From Octopus sinensis (taxonomy: Eukaryota): DNA of 64,000 bases. The stretch lies in contig NC_043010.1 in the NCBI RefSeq assembly GCF_006345805.1, positions 46,252,001 through 46,316,000 on the forward strand, written 5' to 3'. Positions 11,728 to 25,131 of this stretch are shown in pieces. The translations under genes and the position numbers were made by a program. Each line of letters opens with the position of its first letter. Positions within the stretch are counted from its first letter, which is position 1. The notes under the pieces were generated by a model. The model was given only the letters and a program-made list of their open reading frames with translations, was not told the DNA's origin and made no database searches.

Positions 11728-12090
11728 TTGATGTCCCTATCAAATTAATCATCAGACTCCATAATGTCTATATTTGAAGTTGCATCTTTGAATGTTTAGC
11801 ATTACTGTCTACAACAGTTTACAGTTCCTGAAATGATCGCGCCCTAGATTCTTGCATTGTAAAATTAACTTTTAGAATTTCGAACAGCGACAGCTTATTC
11901 TTTCATTTGATGTTCCTATCACATAAGCCATCAAACTCCATGACATCTATATTTGAAGTGGCATCTTTGTGTGTCTGATATTACTGTCCACAACAATTTT
12001 CAGTTCCTGAAATGAGCTTGCACTAGATTTCACATTGTAAAGTCATCTTTTAGAATTCCAAGCATCGGCAGTTTATTCTCCCATTTGACA
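11728..12090. repeat. Diverged tandem duplication, unit of about 179 bp, two copies
   Basis: TTGATGT(C/T)CCTATCA..TATATTTGAAGT..CAGTTCCTGAAATGA..TTTTAGAATT repeated at offsets of 178-179. Confidence 0.8.
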
Positions 12091-12694
12091 ACCTACATTT
12101 TCTCTTTGTGACTTCATTAGTCCACACCAAGTGCTTTCATCCATGTTGGAATTCTTGAATTGCTACCGCTTTGTATTCTTCATGTATCTGAATTTACAGA
12201 AATGCAAATAAAATGATATTTATTACTTTTAGAATTTCTATGAATATGAAAGTACAATAAAAATGTAATATTTCTATCACAGACAATCCATTGTCTCCTG
12301 TGACACACAATAATAGTAAAATAAAATGTCATGTGATTTCTAAAATGTACTCCTCCCCCCCCTGCACATTTCATTGAAGAAAAGTCTAAAGACTGAAATT
12401 CATGTTAAAGTCAATATCACTACTGACTCATTACATACAGCGCCATCTTTTATCATTATTTTACTTGTTGCAGTCATTGGATTAAGACCATGCAGTGGCA
12501 CCAACTTGAAAGGTTTAAATCAATCCCAGCACTTCTTTTTTTTTTGTTGTTGTTGTAAAGTCTTATATCTATTTTCAGTCTCTTTTGCTAAACTGTCAAC
12601 TAACATTGTCAAGCATTAGTGGAAACAAATGCAACACAAACACATCTAAGCATAGATATGTATGTGTGTAATATATATGTGTGTGTGTGTGTGT

Positions 12695-13030
12695 GAAGAC
12701 GCATGGCTCAGTGGTTAGAGTGTCGAGCTTACGATCGTGAGGTTGTGAGCTCGAATCCCGGACCGGACTGCATGCTGTCTTCTTGAGCGAGACATTTTAT
12801 TTCCCGTTGCTCCAGTTCACTCAGCTGTAGAAACGAGTTGCGACATCACTGGTGCCAAGCTGTATCGACCTTTGCCTTTCCCTTGGATAACATCAGTGGT
12901 GTGGAGAGGGGAGGCCGGTATGCATGGACGACTGCTGGTCTTTCATAAACAACCTTGCCCGGACTTGTGCCTGTGGGGGTAGCTTTCTAGGTGCAATCCC
13001 ATGGTCTGTGTCGTGACCAAAGAGGGTCTC
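12695..13030 (+). mobile_element. tRNA-derived SINE family D (CORE-like centre)
   Basis: Box A TGGCTCAGTGG, box B GCTCGAATCCC, then TTGAGCGAGACATTT..TTGCTCCAGTTCACTCAGCTGTAGAAACGAG, which resembles the CORE domain (recalled similarity, not aligned). Confidence 0.8.
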
Positions 13031-13031
13031 A

Positions 13032-13074
<43 letters not shown>

Positions 13075-13964
13075 GAAGACTATTTGCCAACATAATGTGG
13101 CAGTCCTGGAAGGGATGATTATTACAGTTGTTTAGCACCAAGAGTGATGTGATTGTTTATTTTTAGAATGACATTGTAGGGTAAGTGTGAGAGGCTGGCT
13201 GGATCTGGCTGCTTTAAATACAAAAGGGTTAATGGAAAATAGTTCTTCAAGGCAGCGCCCCAGCATGACTGCAGTCTGAAATAAGTAAAAGAAAAGAAAA
13301 ATATATGAAAAATAGATATATAGATGACAAGCCTTTGGTTGGCTTGGGGCTATTGTAGAAGAAAGATGGTTTACCAAAATAGGACTAAACCCAAGACCAT
13401 GTGATTGGGCCACACCCGCGCCTATAATAGTGATAAATTTTGACCATACAATAGGCAGGTAGTTCTTTTTTTTTTTTCACTCTAGGATAATAAAACATAG
13501 TAATGGAAAATACAACAGTATTAGTCACCTAAACTTAATGGAAACACTAAGAAATTTAATTGACACTCTAAGTATATTTAATATTTTCAAGCAATTCATT
13601 TGGTGATTTCTGAGTCAGAAAAACTGTTTGCATTAATAAGGACAGTCCTCTCAAATGTCTAGAAATATTGCAAATTATCACGAGAGAGATAACTATTTGT
13701 GCTAGCTACACATATTGTAGTTTAATCCTATTATAATGATAGTAGGCATCTAATCGTTTATATCACCTGCTAACAATTTCTGGTAGAAGCCAATTCATTT
13801 CACTTACTGTGCCAATATTTTGGGGGAAAGACAAGGATATTACAAAATCTAAAAATTAAGATGAAGTGCTATTAGTTTTCTCAGTATTGATTTATTTCCT
13901 TGAAGCTCTCTCTCCAGAATTTCAATGACTTCTTTGAATTAAAAAAACATTGGTGCTGTATGTA

Positions 13965-14014
<50 letters not shown>

Positions 14015-14024
14015 TGTGTATATG

Positions 14025-14096
<72 letters not shown>

Positions 14097-14100
<4 letters not shown>

Positions 14101-14324
14101 CTTTATTGCCCACAAGGGGCTAAACATAGAGGGGACAAACAAAGACAGATAAAGGGATTAAGTCGATTATATCGACCCCAGTGCGAAACTGGTACTTAAT
14201 TTATCGACCCCGAAAGGATGAAAGGTAAAGTCGACCTCGGCGGAATTTGAACTCAGAACATAACGGCAGACGAAATACGGCTACGCATTTCGCCTGGCGC
14301 GCTAACGTGTCTGCTAGCTCGCCT
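14097..14324 (-). mobile_element. SINE family B (tail type 1), CpG-intact copy inserted in (TA)n
   Basis: Near-complete match to the other B copies; flanked by (TA)n on both sides. Confidence 0.9.
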
Positions 14325-14399
14325 TATATATATATATATATATACATACATACATACATACAAGCATACACACAAGCTTATACTTTCATATTCTTACAC

Positions 14400-14879
14400 A
14401 TAAAAGGACTGATCAAAAAGTATCAGAACTGTTGCTATGATAATGGAGCAAAAGTATGCAGAATGAAGCTGCCTTGCCATAGATTGACCTTGAACTCTGT
14501 TGCTCATGCATACTAAGTTACAACGTTGTTTATAGCAGTACATGGAAACAAAGTGTGTAGAGTGTGGTTCTCTCAAAAAAGAAGACTGGGTTTCAGCTGT
14601 GCAGGATTTTTTGGATTGTGTTGAGGAAGACAAAATCTTTAAATGTAACCATTAACAGGTGACAAATCGTGGGTCTATGGCTACAACCCCAAAACCAAAG
14701 TAAAAGTCAAGTCTGTCTTGAAAGGAACAAGATTTCAAGACATCAAGGAAATCCAAGAGGATGTGACAAGGTAGCTGCTTGCTATCCTAGAAAAGGAGTT
14801 CCAGGAATGCTTCTGTTAATGGAAATGATGCTGGATAAAATGTGTGTCTTCAGAAAGGGACCACTTTGAATGTGATTAA
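14400..14879 (+). mobile_element. Internally deleted mariner transposon relic
   Basis: ITGDKSWVYGYNPKTK (about 14651-14700; first catalytic D motif) is fused directly to C-terminal LKGTRFQDIKEIQEDVTR*..WIKCVSSERDHFECD; contains stops. Confidence 0.75.
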
Positions 14880-15094
14880 TCCTTTAGCAATTTAAACCAG
14901 TCATATCAGGCTCAAATATTCTAGCTGTTTTATTTTCAAATCAACCAGATCCAACCTCTCACACCTGTCCTACAATGTTTTTCTTAAATTAAACAATCAC
15001 ATCAGTGAAATCAGAAAGCTATGAGTTAATGCCTGATTAATTAAAACCAATGAGCATTACATTTGACATAGTAATTTGAATATTAAAGGGTTAA
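14876..15094. mobile_element. TTAA-type MITE family P1
   Basis: TTAA TCCTTTAGCA.. at the left end, ..TATTAAAGGG TTAA at the right end. Confidence 0.75.
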
Positions 15095-15647
15095 ATGCCA
15101 ATTTCTTTTTAAAACTCAAACTCCAGTCCTGATACTTTGTGATGAGACCTCGTTAATAAAATATCATTACACTAACTCTGTACTCATTACACTGTATTCT
15201 CTGAAAACATCTAAAATAATTCAAGCAAAACCTTCGGAAAAATTTATTTCAGTGATATATTGTTTTCCATTCAGTTATTGGACTTTAGCTGTGCTAGCAC
15301 ACTGCCTTGAAGGGTTCTAGTTGATCGTATTAGCTCCAGAACTTATTTAGTCTGGTCCTTATTCCAATAACACAACCATTCCCTAGATTTCTATTTGTCT
15401 GGCATGTGATTTGTTTTGAAATTACGTATTAAAACTAAAGCAATTGCAGCATGGAAAACACATTTCAGTCATTCAAAATCACACAAAAGCCTGTTAACTG
15501 TATTTAATCATCTATTTGGTGTCAAAGTTTTCATCACTCTGGCTGCCAGGTAAAGATGACTTGGATATACATAAAGATACCTAAATCATCCAATCATAAA
15601 AACAACACTGCAAACTTCTAAATGAATGGGACCCAACCAAGGTTCAT

Positions 15648-15889
15648 ATAACCTCTTGGGGGTCTGTATAGGATTTTGTGGGGTCTACACAAGCAAAATA
15701 GTAAATTGGGTTTATGGTAGTATTTTGGGCGTCCAGGAAAAAATTTTGCTTTAGACACATTTATTTCAAGAAACAACCAGGTTTCTTTGCCTAATGCTTA
15801 ACATAGCTCACCCTATACTATAAAACTAGTTCTAAACATAAATGGTTATGGGGGTCCATAGATTAAAAAAAAATGGTTGAGAACCACTG
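15648..15889. mobile_element. hAT-like MITE, one terminus only
   Basis: Right end GGTTGAGAACCACTG with GGGGTCC subterminal motifs; matching left TIR not found. Confidence 0.45.
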
Positions 15890-16471
15890 TTCTATTTATC
15901 TCAGGCTCGTCAACTTTGGTCATCTCTTTCTTAATTGGGGCCAGATGGGGAATTGAACTCAGGAAGCTATTGTCAATTATATTTGATTTCAGGTCCCTGC
16001 AGTTAGAAGTTACTTTAACTCTGCTACAATTATTTACAGTAGATGGATTAGGATATTAGAGATTAGTCCAATCCACTAAGCACTAAGTGACCTGGCATGA
16101 ACTGCTAACCTCTTTATTATGTGTGTCTGGTCATCAAATATATTTGAGATTGCATGTTTTCCTGCAGTAGTAGTGGTGGTGGTGGGGATGATGGTGTTAC
16201 TAGTAGTAGGAATATCTATGTAAAAAAAAGAATACTCATTATTAAAAGAAGTTATATTTGTTTATATTTCAAGAAATTCATTGCAAATGTACATAATATA
16301 TTGAATTTTTAATGCATGAACACATACACAGACATGTTTACACATGCACGCACACACACACAATTCCTAGTATTGCTAACAATGAAGTAATTAAGACTAT
16401 ACAGTTGGGAGTTTAGAATTATAGGATATTTTGTTTTGATACAGAGATATATATGAGTACAGGATTGTGCA

Positions 16472-16815
16472 ATTAAGAAGTCTGCTTTCCAATGGTTTTA
16501 GGTTCAATCCCACTGCCTGACACTTTGGACAAGTGCCTTGGGTTGACCAAAGCTTTTTGAAGAGATTTAGTTGGTGGAAATTGAAAGAAGCCTGTTGTAT
16601 GTGTGTGTTGCCTTGTCTTGTGATTGAGTGGTTGTTGTAAGTGAATGTTAAATGTCATGCATTTCCAATATTCTGTAAACCCTGTCTGTCCATGGGGAAT
16701 ATTATCTTGCTTGGAAATGGGTAAAGGTTGGCAACAGGAAGAGCATGCAGCCATAGAAAATCTGTCTAGGTAAGCTCTTTTCAATTCATGCAAGCATGGC
16801 CAAGTGGATGTTAAA
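16472..16815 (+). mobile_element. SINE with family A head and an RTE-like 3' tail
   Basis: A-type head (GGTTCAATCCCACTGC..GAAAGAAGCCTGT) followed by a body ending GGTTGGCAACAGGAAGAGCATGCAGCC..GCAAGCATGGCCAAGTGGATGTTAAA; a related body lies at about 33500-33730. Confidence 0.6.
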
Positions 16816-18361
16816 TCATCAATTTCTCAGAATACTATAGTTAATATCAAATATTGGGAAATCAAGTAATCTTGTTTAAGATCGATACCACATTGCATGT
16901 TCAGAAATAAAATGTTTAAATTTGATTTTGCTTCTGTTTGCACTTTATTTCCTAACTTATATTGTGGTGGCTGTCTTAAACACTATTGATATACATATAT
17001 TTCATTACAGCAAAATTTTCTCTATTAAATTCTTTATTTTGTAATCTTTTCATTATTCCTTTGTTGGAAAGACTAGGAATTTTGAATTTTGTCATCAAAT
17101 ATTCTTTGTTTGATAGTGCTTATATCTATACAAATATCTATTTACACAATATATTTTTCTATTTTTCAAAATTTACTAGTTTTAGATATCTATATCTGTT
17201 AATGCAACTTCAAGTGTGTATGCGTAAAGATTTTTTTTTTTCTTTTTTTGTTAGCTTTATTTCTAAGTAGTGTTCTCAATTCTTTATTTAAAAACAAAAT
17301 TCTATATCTATAAATCTATTTCCTACTGCTAAGTACATAAACCATGTGACTGAGATTAAAGTTTTAGCATTGACATATGTATCTTCATGTAGATTAATTT
17401 AAGTATATATAAAGATTGTTAGAGATCAACAGATCTATCTATGGATAAGTTGGATATATCAAATGTATTTTAAGATAGACCACACCCATATCCATTACAC
17501 ACGCACTTACACACACTTACACACACACTTACACACTTACACACACACACATGCACGTTCTTATGAGAGGTTATTCAACATCCTCTTTAATTCTCTTCTG
17601 TTATAAATTTAATGTTCCTTTACATGTATTTGGTTCACAAATTTCAAGTTTTTAGCACAATTTGTTTCCACTGGATGCACTTCTAAACACACATTTTCCA
17701 TTGTGAAATGGGTGTGGCTTCTGGTCATTTAGCATGCAATAATGCACCTTCCCAGGGGAACATGGCATAACTGTAACTAATTTTGAAATCAGAATTTTTG
17801 TGAGTCACTCTCATCATTAACCCTTTAGTATTTAAACTGGCTCAAATATTTCTTCATGTTCAAACTGGCCAGATCTGACCTCTCATGCCAATCCTACAAC
17901 ATCATTCTAAAAATAAGCAATCGAGGTACAGGTGAAGCTGTGTAGTAAATAGGTTGCTTCCCAATCACATAGTTCCAGGTTCAGTCCCACTGTATGGCAA
18001 CTTGGGCAAGTGTCTTCTACTATAGCCTCAGACTGACCAAAGGTTTGTGAGTGGATTTGGTTGAAAGAAGCCTGACATGTATGTGTGTGTGTGTGTGTGT
18101 ATACACATACAGTGTGATGGGTAAATTGTTGCCATTTTATAATTTAAATTTCGTGCTTGCGCATTGTTTGTTTTTGATTTTGTCAACTACACAGTATAGT
18201 AGGGTCAGTTGGGCACTGTCTGTGAGAAAACAGCACCATGATGCAATTCACTCTGCCAGAAATTTGGAAATGACATGCTGTACTGCTTGGCATTTGTGTC
18301 AGAAGCTCCAATATGAACATTTCAGAGTGTTTGGGTGTCAATCCGAGGACATGTACCAAGA

Positions 18362-18610
18362 GTGATAAAAATCAAACATTCAGTTAACATCATAGTGTTT
18401 GGAGTGATCACTAGTGATGGTGTCATTATGCCTCCATTCATCTTCCCAAATGGCCTCTGACTCAAGACGGAGGCCTACATCAAGTTCCTGGAGGAGGTAG
18501 TGCTGTCCTGGGTCAAGAGGGTGGCTGCTGGAAGACCCTACGTTTGGCAACAGAACTCTGCACGATGCCACACAAGCAGGAGAACCCAGTCATGTCTGAC
18601 AGACAATTTC
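18362..18610 (+). pseudogene. Tc1/mariner-superfamily transposase catalytic-domain fragment (maT/DD37D-like)
   Basis: VIKIKHSVNIIVFGVITSDGVIMPPFIFPNGL*LKTEAYIKFLEEVVLSWVKRVAAGRPYVWQQNSARCHTSRRTQSCLTDNF; WQQ(D>N)SA motif and TGA at 18458-18460. Confidence 0.8.
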
Positions 18611-19291
18611 TGTGTATGTGCGCATGTATGCATGTGTGTGTGTGTGTTTTCTGAGACTAGTGGCTCACATCGTTTTTTGGCTCATAATCCCATCCACAGG
18701 CCCCTTAGAATCTTTCAGTTTTCTGTGGCCTCCTCAACATTATTAGTAGTAAAAGTTCTTCAATTTTGTAATAAATATTTAGAAGTAGAAACAGATCACT
18801 TCTGAAAAAATTAAAAACCGTTCTTAAGAATAAATTTGTAAAATTTATCAAATAATGAAATTTTAAATATTAATTGTTTTAAATTAGTTTTATTTTCATG
18901 AAATTCATTTCTATGAATAATTAAGAAATTGATAATTTGTAATGAAAACAATTTTTGAACAGAAAATTTATAACAAGCATTGGAAATAATTTTTTTCATT
19001 GGTGATCTACCTTTCTACCATTAATGTAATAAACTCCATAAAAAGTTTGTGCCTATTAATTGCACATTTATTCTTTATTCTATTTCACAAACACAACAAT
19101 ATTTTGTAGGTTCAATAAAACAACCATTTCTAATCATCTATTGTTTTCCATGCATGATGATAAAAAAAAATATTCTATTGACACCAAAGAAAAAAATCAA
19201 TAATTTCTATAAAATGATTATTTTTTCAGTACAAAAATAAGATCCTTCTGCTAAATACAAAATATCTTACCTTTATTCTATGTTTATTCTG

Positions 19292-20177
19292 TGGAGTGCT
19301 AGTGCATTGAGAAAAACAATTAGGTATAAGAGGAATTAGATACAGTCTGCATGAGAGAAGTCTATGGTGGTTTGGTCATGTGGTGCAAATTGGTGGAGGC
19401 ACATGGCCTAGTGGTTAGAGCAGTGGATTCACGGTCGAGGGATCGCGGGTTCTAATCTCAGACCGGGCGATGTGTGTGTTTATGAGTGAAACACTAGCTC
19501 CACGCAGCTCCGGCAGAAGGTAATGGCGAACTTCTGCTGACTCTTTCACCACAACTTTCTCTCAGTCTTTCTTCCTGCATCTTGCAGCTCACCTGCGACG
19601 GACCACATCCCGTCCAGGTAGGGAACCTATATGCCACGGAAACCGGGAAACCGGCCCTATGAGCCAGGCATGGCTCAAGAAGGAACAAACATGTGGTGCA
19701 GATGGATATCAACTTCTCCTTAAAGAAGTGCTGATCACTCAAAGTGGGTGGATAGAACTCATGGAAGAGGGAGACATGGAACAAAGTACTGAAGGACAGT
19801 TATAGGATACTGAACCTTACAGAGGAAATGACAAAGGACCAAGATATCTGGTGCCTTGCTGTACTCAAAAAGATCTGTCTTCCACAGCAGAATTATTAAT
19901 GCTGCTGCTCTTGATGAAGGGGATTGGCCTGCAAGAAGACTGTGCCGGTGCCATGTAGAAAGCACTCATACTGGTGCCATGCAAAAGTGTCCATGCCAGT
20001 ACCATGTTAAAAGCACCTGACACACACTGTAAGGTGGTTCGAATTAGGAGGGACATCCAGCTGTAGAAGCCAAGCCAAATTAGACTGGAACTTGGTGTGG
20101 CTCTCCAGCTTGCCAGCTGTGGTCAAACCATCCAACCCATGCCAGCATAGAAAACAGACATTAAATGATGATGATGA
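19292..20177 (+). mobile_element. RTE-clade LINE 3' fragment (ORF C-terminus plus 3' UTR plus (GAT)n), interrupted by SINE C
   Basis: KQLGIRGIRYSLHERSLWWFGHVVQ before the SINE; TWNKVLKDSYRILNLTEEMTKDQDIWCLAVLKK after it; then a family E tail. Confidence 0.8.
19394..19689 (+). mobile_element. tRNA-derived SINE family C with TSD
   Basis: Box A TGGCCTAGTGG, box B GGTTCTAATCT; TSD core CATGTGGTGCA at 19377-19387 and 19690-19700. Confidence 0.85.
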
Positions 20178-20304
20178 GATCCTTATGACTGATCCAGTTT
20201 CGCATGTTTTTCAGTACCAGGGTCCATGCTTGTCAGAGAAAAATGAAGATCACCACTTCCATAAACACACACACATGCACATACAACAAGCTTCTTCAGT
20301 TTCT

Positions 20305-20536
20305 TATTTCTTTATTGCCCACAGGGGGCTAAACATAGAGGAGACAAATAAGGACAAACAAACGGATTAAGTTGATTACATCGACCCCAGTGCATAACTG
20401 GTACGTAATTTATCGACCCCGAAGGGATGAAAACAAAGTCAACCTCGGCAGAATTTGAACTCAGAACACAGCGGCAGACGAAATACCACAAAGCATTTTG
20501 CTTGGTGTGCTAACGTTTCTGCCAGCTCGCCACATT
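20305..20536 (-). mobile_element. SINE family B (tail type 1) with TSD
   Basis: 17-bp TSD AAGC(T/C)TCTTCAGTTTCT at 20288-20304 and 20537-20553. Confidence 0.9.
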
Positions 20537-21181
20537 AAGCCTCTTCAGTTTCTGTTAACCAGTTTCACTCATACTGGTTAATTTGTGACTGTAGTATAGA
20601 GCACAAAGCAACAGTGTTTAGGGAGTGGAACCAGACCACATGATGCTGAACTGAACATAACCATATAGCTACCCTTGTGCTTACATACATGTATTAGAAA
20701 GTCTTAGTTGTGATAATAAACCATAAAAATGCAAGCACATTCTCTCTGTGCTTTTGATATATAGGAAAAGGGGTGAAGTGTCTCCTGATGAACCATTTCA
20801 TTATTTGTTGATCACTCTTCAGAGATATCCCCAATCAATAGCCTTGTGTCCAACTCATAAGCAGTTGGTAATTAAGCTATTCCCCTGGTGGATAAATTAA
20901 TTTGCATATTTGTGTTTCAGACTGCATGTCATTGTGTAAAAAATATATTTTTTTATGCACAAGATACTGTGAATTAAAAGGATGAAATTAAATTTAGATA
21001 TCAAAAAACTTGAGGTGTGATAAGGTACAGGTATGACTGTGTGATTAAGAAATTTACTCTGCAACCATGTGGTTTTGAGTTCAGTCCCACAGCATGGCAC
21101 CTTGGATGAATGTCTTCGATTATACTGAGCTGAGTAATTCCTTGTAAAGAAATTTGGTTTATGAAAACTGTCAAAATCTGT

Positions 21182-21555
21182 CACAGGCATAGTTGTGTGG
21201 TAAGAAGCTTGCTTCCCAACCACATGGTTCCAGGTTCAGTCTAACTGCTTGACACCTTGGGCAAGTGTTTTCTACTATAGCCTCAGGCTGACCAAAGCCT
21301 TGTGAATGGATTTGGTAGACAGAAACTGAAAGAAGCCCATCATATTTGTATGTGTGTGTGTGTGTGTCTTTGAGTCTATTTGTCCCCCCCCCATCTTCAC
21401 TTGACAACTGGTGTTAGTGTGTTTATGTCCTTGTAACTTAGCAATTCATCTAAAGAGACCAATAGAATGAGTACTAGGCTTAAGATATAAGTCCTGGGAT
21501 CAAGTCAGTGCCACAGCATGGCCATAGTAAAATGATTGAAACAAGTAAAAGGATA
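21182..21555 (+). mobile_element. SINE family A
   Basis: Head, central (TG)n and tail present; a partial older A head lies just upstream (about 21030-21170). Confidence 0.85.
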
Positions 21556-21904
21556 TAAAAATATGTGTGTGTGTCTCTCTCTTTCCATTTGTCCCTCTTC
21601 CACTTGGCAACTAGCTTTGTTTATGGCCCCATGACATATCAGTGATAGAATAATGTTAATGAGTGAAACAAGGAAAAAGTGAAAGGAAGATAAAAAATAA
21701 TAAACTGCGTAAGGATGTAAATACACTTCAGTTTAATGCATGACTGCTTTATATAACAGCTGACTGTTGTAGACACCATGTCTTTAATCCCAATTAACAC
21801 TTATGTGACCAGTGAATCTGTAAATGATAAAAGAATGATCTGTACAGAGTGATATGTATTTACACTCTGCTTCTGGATTTAATTCTTTCTCCTTTTGTTT
21901 GTAA

Positions 21905-22260
21905 ACAAAAATTTACACACACTCACTCACACATATGTTCACATGCACACTCACACATGCTCTCACTCGCACATGCACTCGCTCACACACATGTGCTCCC
22001 TCATGCACTCACCCACACATACAGTACACACGTACTCCCTCACACACACACACACATGCTCCTTGACACATCCGCTTACTCATACATGCATGTACTCCCT
22101 TACACACATACTACCTCACACACACTCCCTCATGCATGCAATTCCTCACACATGCATTCACTCATGCATGTACTCATATGCACACACTCACACATACTCA
22201 TGCATTCACTTGCACATATACATGCACTCATGCATGCACTTTTGCACACATGCACATTTT
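21905..22260. repeat. Complex CA-rich low-complexity tract (CACACATGCACTC-type)
   Basis: Degenerate (CA)n/(CATG) mosaic; source of the His/Thr-rich spurious ORFs. Confidence 0.85.
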
Positions 22261-22452
22261 GAATCAATAGGTCTTATGAATCAACAAGTTTACTCTTTTT
22301 CTGTTTTTAAATTGTTTTACTGATAGTGGTGCAATAGTTTAAGTATAGCAAATTATTTCATTTTTAGCTGAATACTCTTTCTTTTAACCACTGAAACTGT
22401 AAGTAAATAGTTAACATCTTGTCAGTCATTTAAACTGAGCAAACAGTGTCAG

Positions 22453-23063
22453 GGTGGGGAGATGTATCACTGCTATTTCTAGTAGTTGAGCGCCCATCAT
22501 TGATGAGACCAAAGAAGGTTGAAATCACTTGATCTGGTAGACTTGGTGATGGAGGTTGCCAGGATTTATTTCCCTGCTAGCATATAAACAAGAGTGCATT
22601 TTGCATTTTACATCAAAAGCCAATATGAGAGTTTCTCTCATGGTATTTATCACAGTATAGTTTGTTCTGACAGAACATCCACATTTAAGTGACGATGAAT
22701 ATTATCTCTTGGTATTAATACTGCCTCTGTTGTTAATCTATATTTTGTAACAATTTCATTGGCTAATCATGAGACCAGTGCCTGTTCTAGCACTGTTATT
22801 CTATATATTGCTGGTAGGGAGATGAGTCACTGCTATCTCTAGCAGTCAAGCATCCATCATTGATGAAATCAAGGAAGGTCGAAATCATGTGATCTGGTGG
22901 TCTCAGTGTTGGAGGTTGCAGGAATTTACCTTCCCTCTAGCAATATAAACATGAGTGCATTCTGCAGCAAAAGCCGATATGAGAGCATTTTACATGGTGT
23001 CTACTGTAATGTAGTTTATTCTAACAGAACATCCATATTTAAGTGGGGATAAATATTACCTCT
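22453..23063. repeat. Diverged direct duplication (about 255-bp units, offset 360), possibly an old LINE 3' fragment
   Basis: GGGAGATG..TCACTGCTAT(T/C)TCTAG..CATCATTGATGA..ACAGAACATCCA at 22457 and 22817. Confidence 0.65.
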
Positions 23064-23856
23064 CCATAGTGTTGCATGTACTTTACTCAACAATGCTACA
23101 GCCATAGTTATCATTCAACTACTGTAGTAGTTGAATAATATTCTTAAGGCTGCAATTTACTCACATACAGCATCTTTCAGAGCTTGTCGCTAATCCAGTT
23201 CTTAACCAAATTGAAAACTGTTAACATTTTTGAAGCGGGGTGGTCCCTAGCTACATTTTGGCATAAACAAATTGAGATTTGATCCAGTAGAAAAACGTTT
23301 ACATCAAAATTTGTAGCAACGTTATAGGAGAGTAAGTAACACCACCAATCAAGTTTAGTTCTAAATAACTTTTTTTATTTTAAAAGCAAAATATATTTAT
23401 CTTAGCTTCGATGATAGAAGATAGCATGAAGAATTTCATAGTTTTGTTCCCATGCAACAAAAATTTGTATCAAGAAAGTTGTGAGGTAAAATATCATGAA
23501 AAAAATATGAGTAAGGCAAAAAATTGGATTTAAGTATAATTAACTTTTTTTATTTTAGAAACAAACTGTTTTTTAATTAAGTTTAAATGATACGGCTCAA
23601 TTCAAGGAATTTCATGGTATCAATCTTGTGCAATGAAGTTTTAAAAGAAAAAAGTTATGAGTGGTTGTTTCTCAAATTTGAGGGTGATTATATAGTTCTA
23701 TACTTTTTTATAAATATAGTTCTATATAAGGGGACTTTTAATATATGTTACTGGTGTCATTGAGGTAAGGAAAAAATTATCAACAACACTGCTAATTGAC
23801 ACATTTGACACTTTATTAATTACCATAATAACATAGACTGGAAAAAATATGGATTA

Positions 23857-24515
23857 CATGGAAAATGCGAGCAAGAGAAATAATATTCTTAAGATTATAA
23901 ACCTGGAAAATTACAGGACAAGTTATTACACTTGGAAAAGTTCAGGACAACTTATTACATCTGGTAAAGTACAGAACAAGAAAAATTTTTACTTAAAATA
24001 TTACAGCTAAAGATAAAATTTGAAAATTAAAAATTATTTGATTTTAATTTACAAAGTAACATTATAATTTTAAAAAGTAGCATCATTTTGTTAAAATATT
24101 GACACACTAAAATACTTAAAAAATGAGAGCCAGAAGTACCAATATAGCTAAAGTTTTATGCAAAGTAGAATAATATATATGGTAGGCAAATTCATTATGT
24201 AAAAAATAGGCATTGGGTCAAGACTAAAAATGTGAAGACTTGGCAATAACTCTAGCAAATTTTACTGTGAACTTGTTGTTATAGGTAGATTTTACTGTAA
24301 TACTTCTTACTTGTTTCAGTCATGTGACTGTGGCCATGCTGGAGCACCGCCTTTAGTCAAGCAAATCAACCCCAGGACTTATTCTTTGTAAGCCTAGTAC
24401 TTATTCTATCAGTCTCTTTTGCCGAACTGCTAAGTTACGAGGATGTAAACACACCAGCATCGGTTGTCAAGCGATGTTGGGGAGACAAACAAAGACATTT
24501 ACATACACACATATA

Positions 24516-24556
<41 letters not shown>

Positions 24557-25131
24557 GAAGAGCTTCTTTCAGTTTCCATCTACCAAATCCACCCACAAGG
24601 CATTGGTCGCCCGAGGCTATAGTAGAACACACTTGCCCAAGGTGCCACGCAGTGGGACTGAACCCGGAACCATGTTGTTGGTAAGCAAGCTACTTACCAC
24701 ACAGCCACTCCTACGCCTATTCAGTGATTTTTGTATTGTTCTATTTATTGTACAAACTAATTATGTACTACAATTATTTTTTATGATCTATTTTCAAATT
24801 TCTAATTAATTAATAATTTAAAAATTGAATTTTTTTAAAGTGCAAAAAATATTTTGAGTTATTTTTTTAATTTTTAATAGAAGTAACAAGTAATAACAAA
24901 CAACAGTCATAAAATTTTTAGTTTTAATAAAAGCTAATATTTTCTAAATCTTAATATTTTAATTGAAATTTTATCCTTAGCTGTAATATTTTAAGTAAAA
25001 AATTTTCTTGTTCTGTACTTTACCAGATGTAATAAGTTGTCCTGAACTTTTCCAAATATATTAACTTGTCCTGTAATTTTCCAGGTTTATAATCTTGAGA
25101 ATATTATTTCTCTTGCTCGCTTTTTTCCATG
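23857..25131. mobile_element. Foldback/large MITE-like element with about 180-bp inverted arms and a nested SINE
   Basis: 23857-24035 is the reverse complement of 24953-25131 with only scattered mismatches; outer termini and TSD not resolved. Confidence 0.65.
24304..24718 (-). mobile_element. SINE family A, full length
   Basis: Reverse complement of the 4663-5050 type copy. Confidence 0.9.

Noticed and set aside
20770-20835. CTGATGA (+) / CTGAAGA (-) pair as a hammerhead
   Set aside because: No correctly placed GAAA with a closing stem II on either strand.
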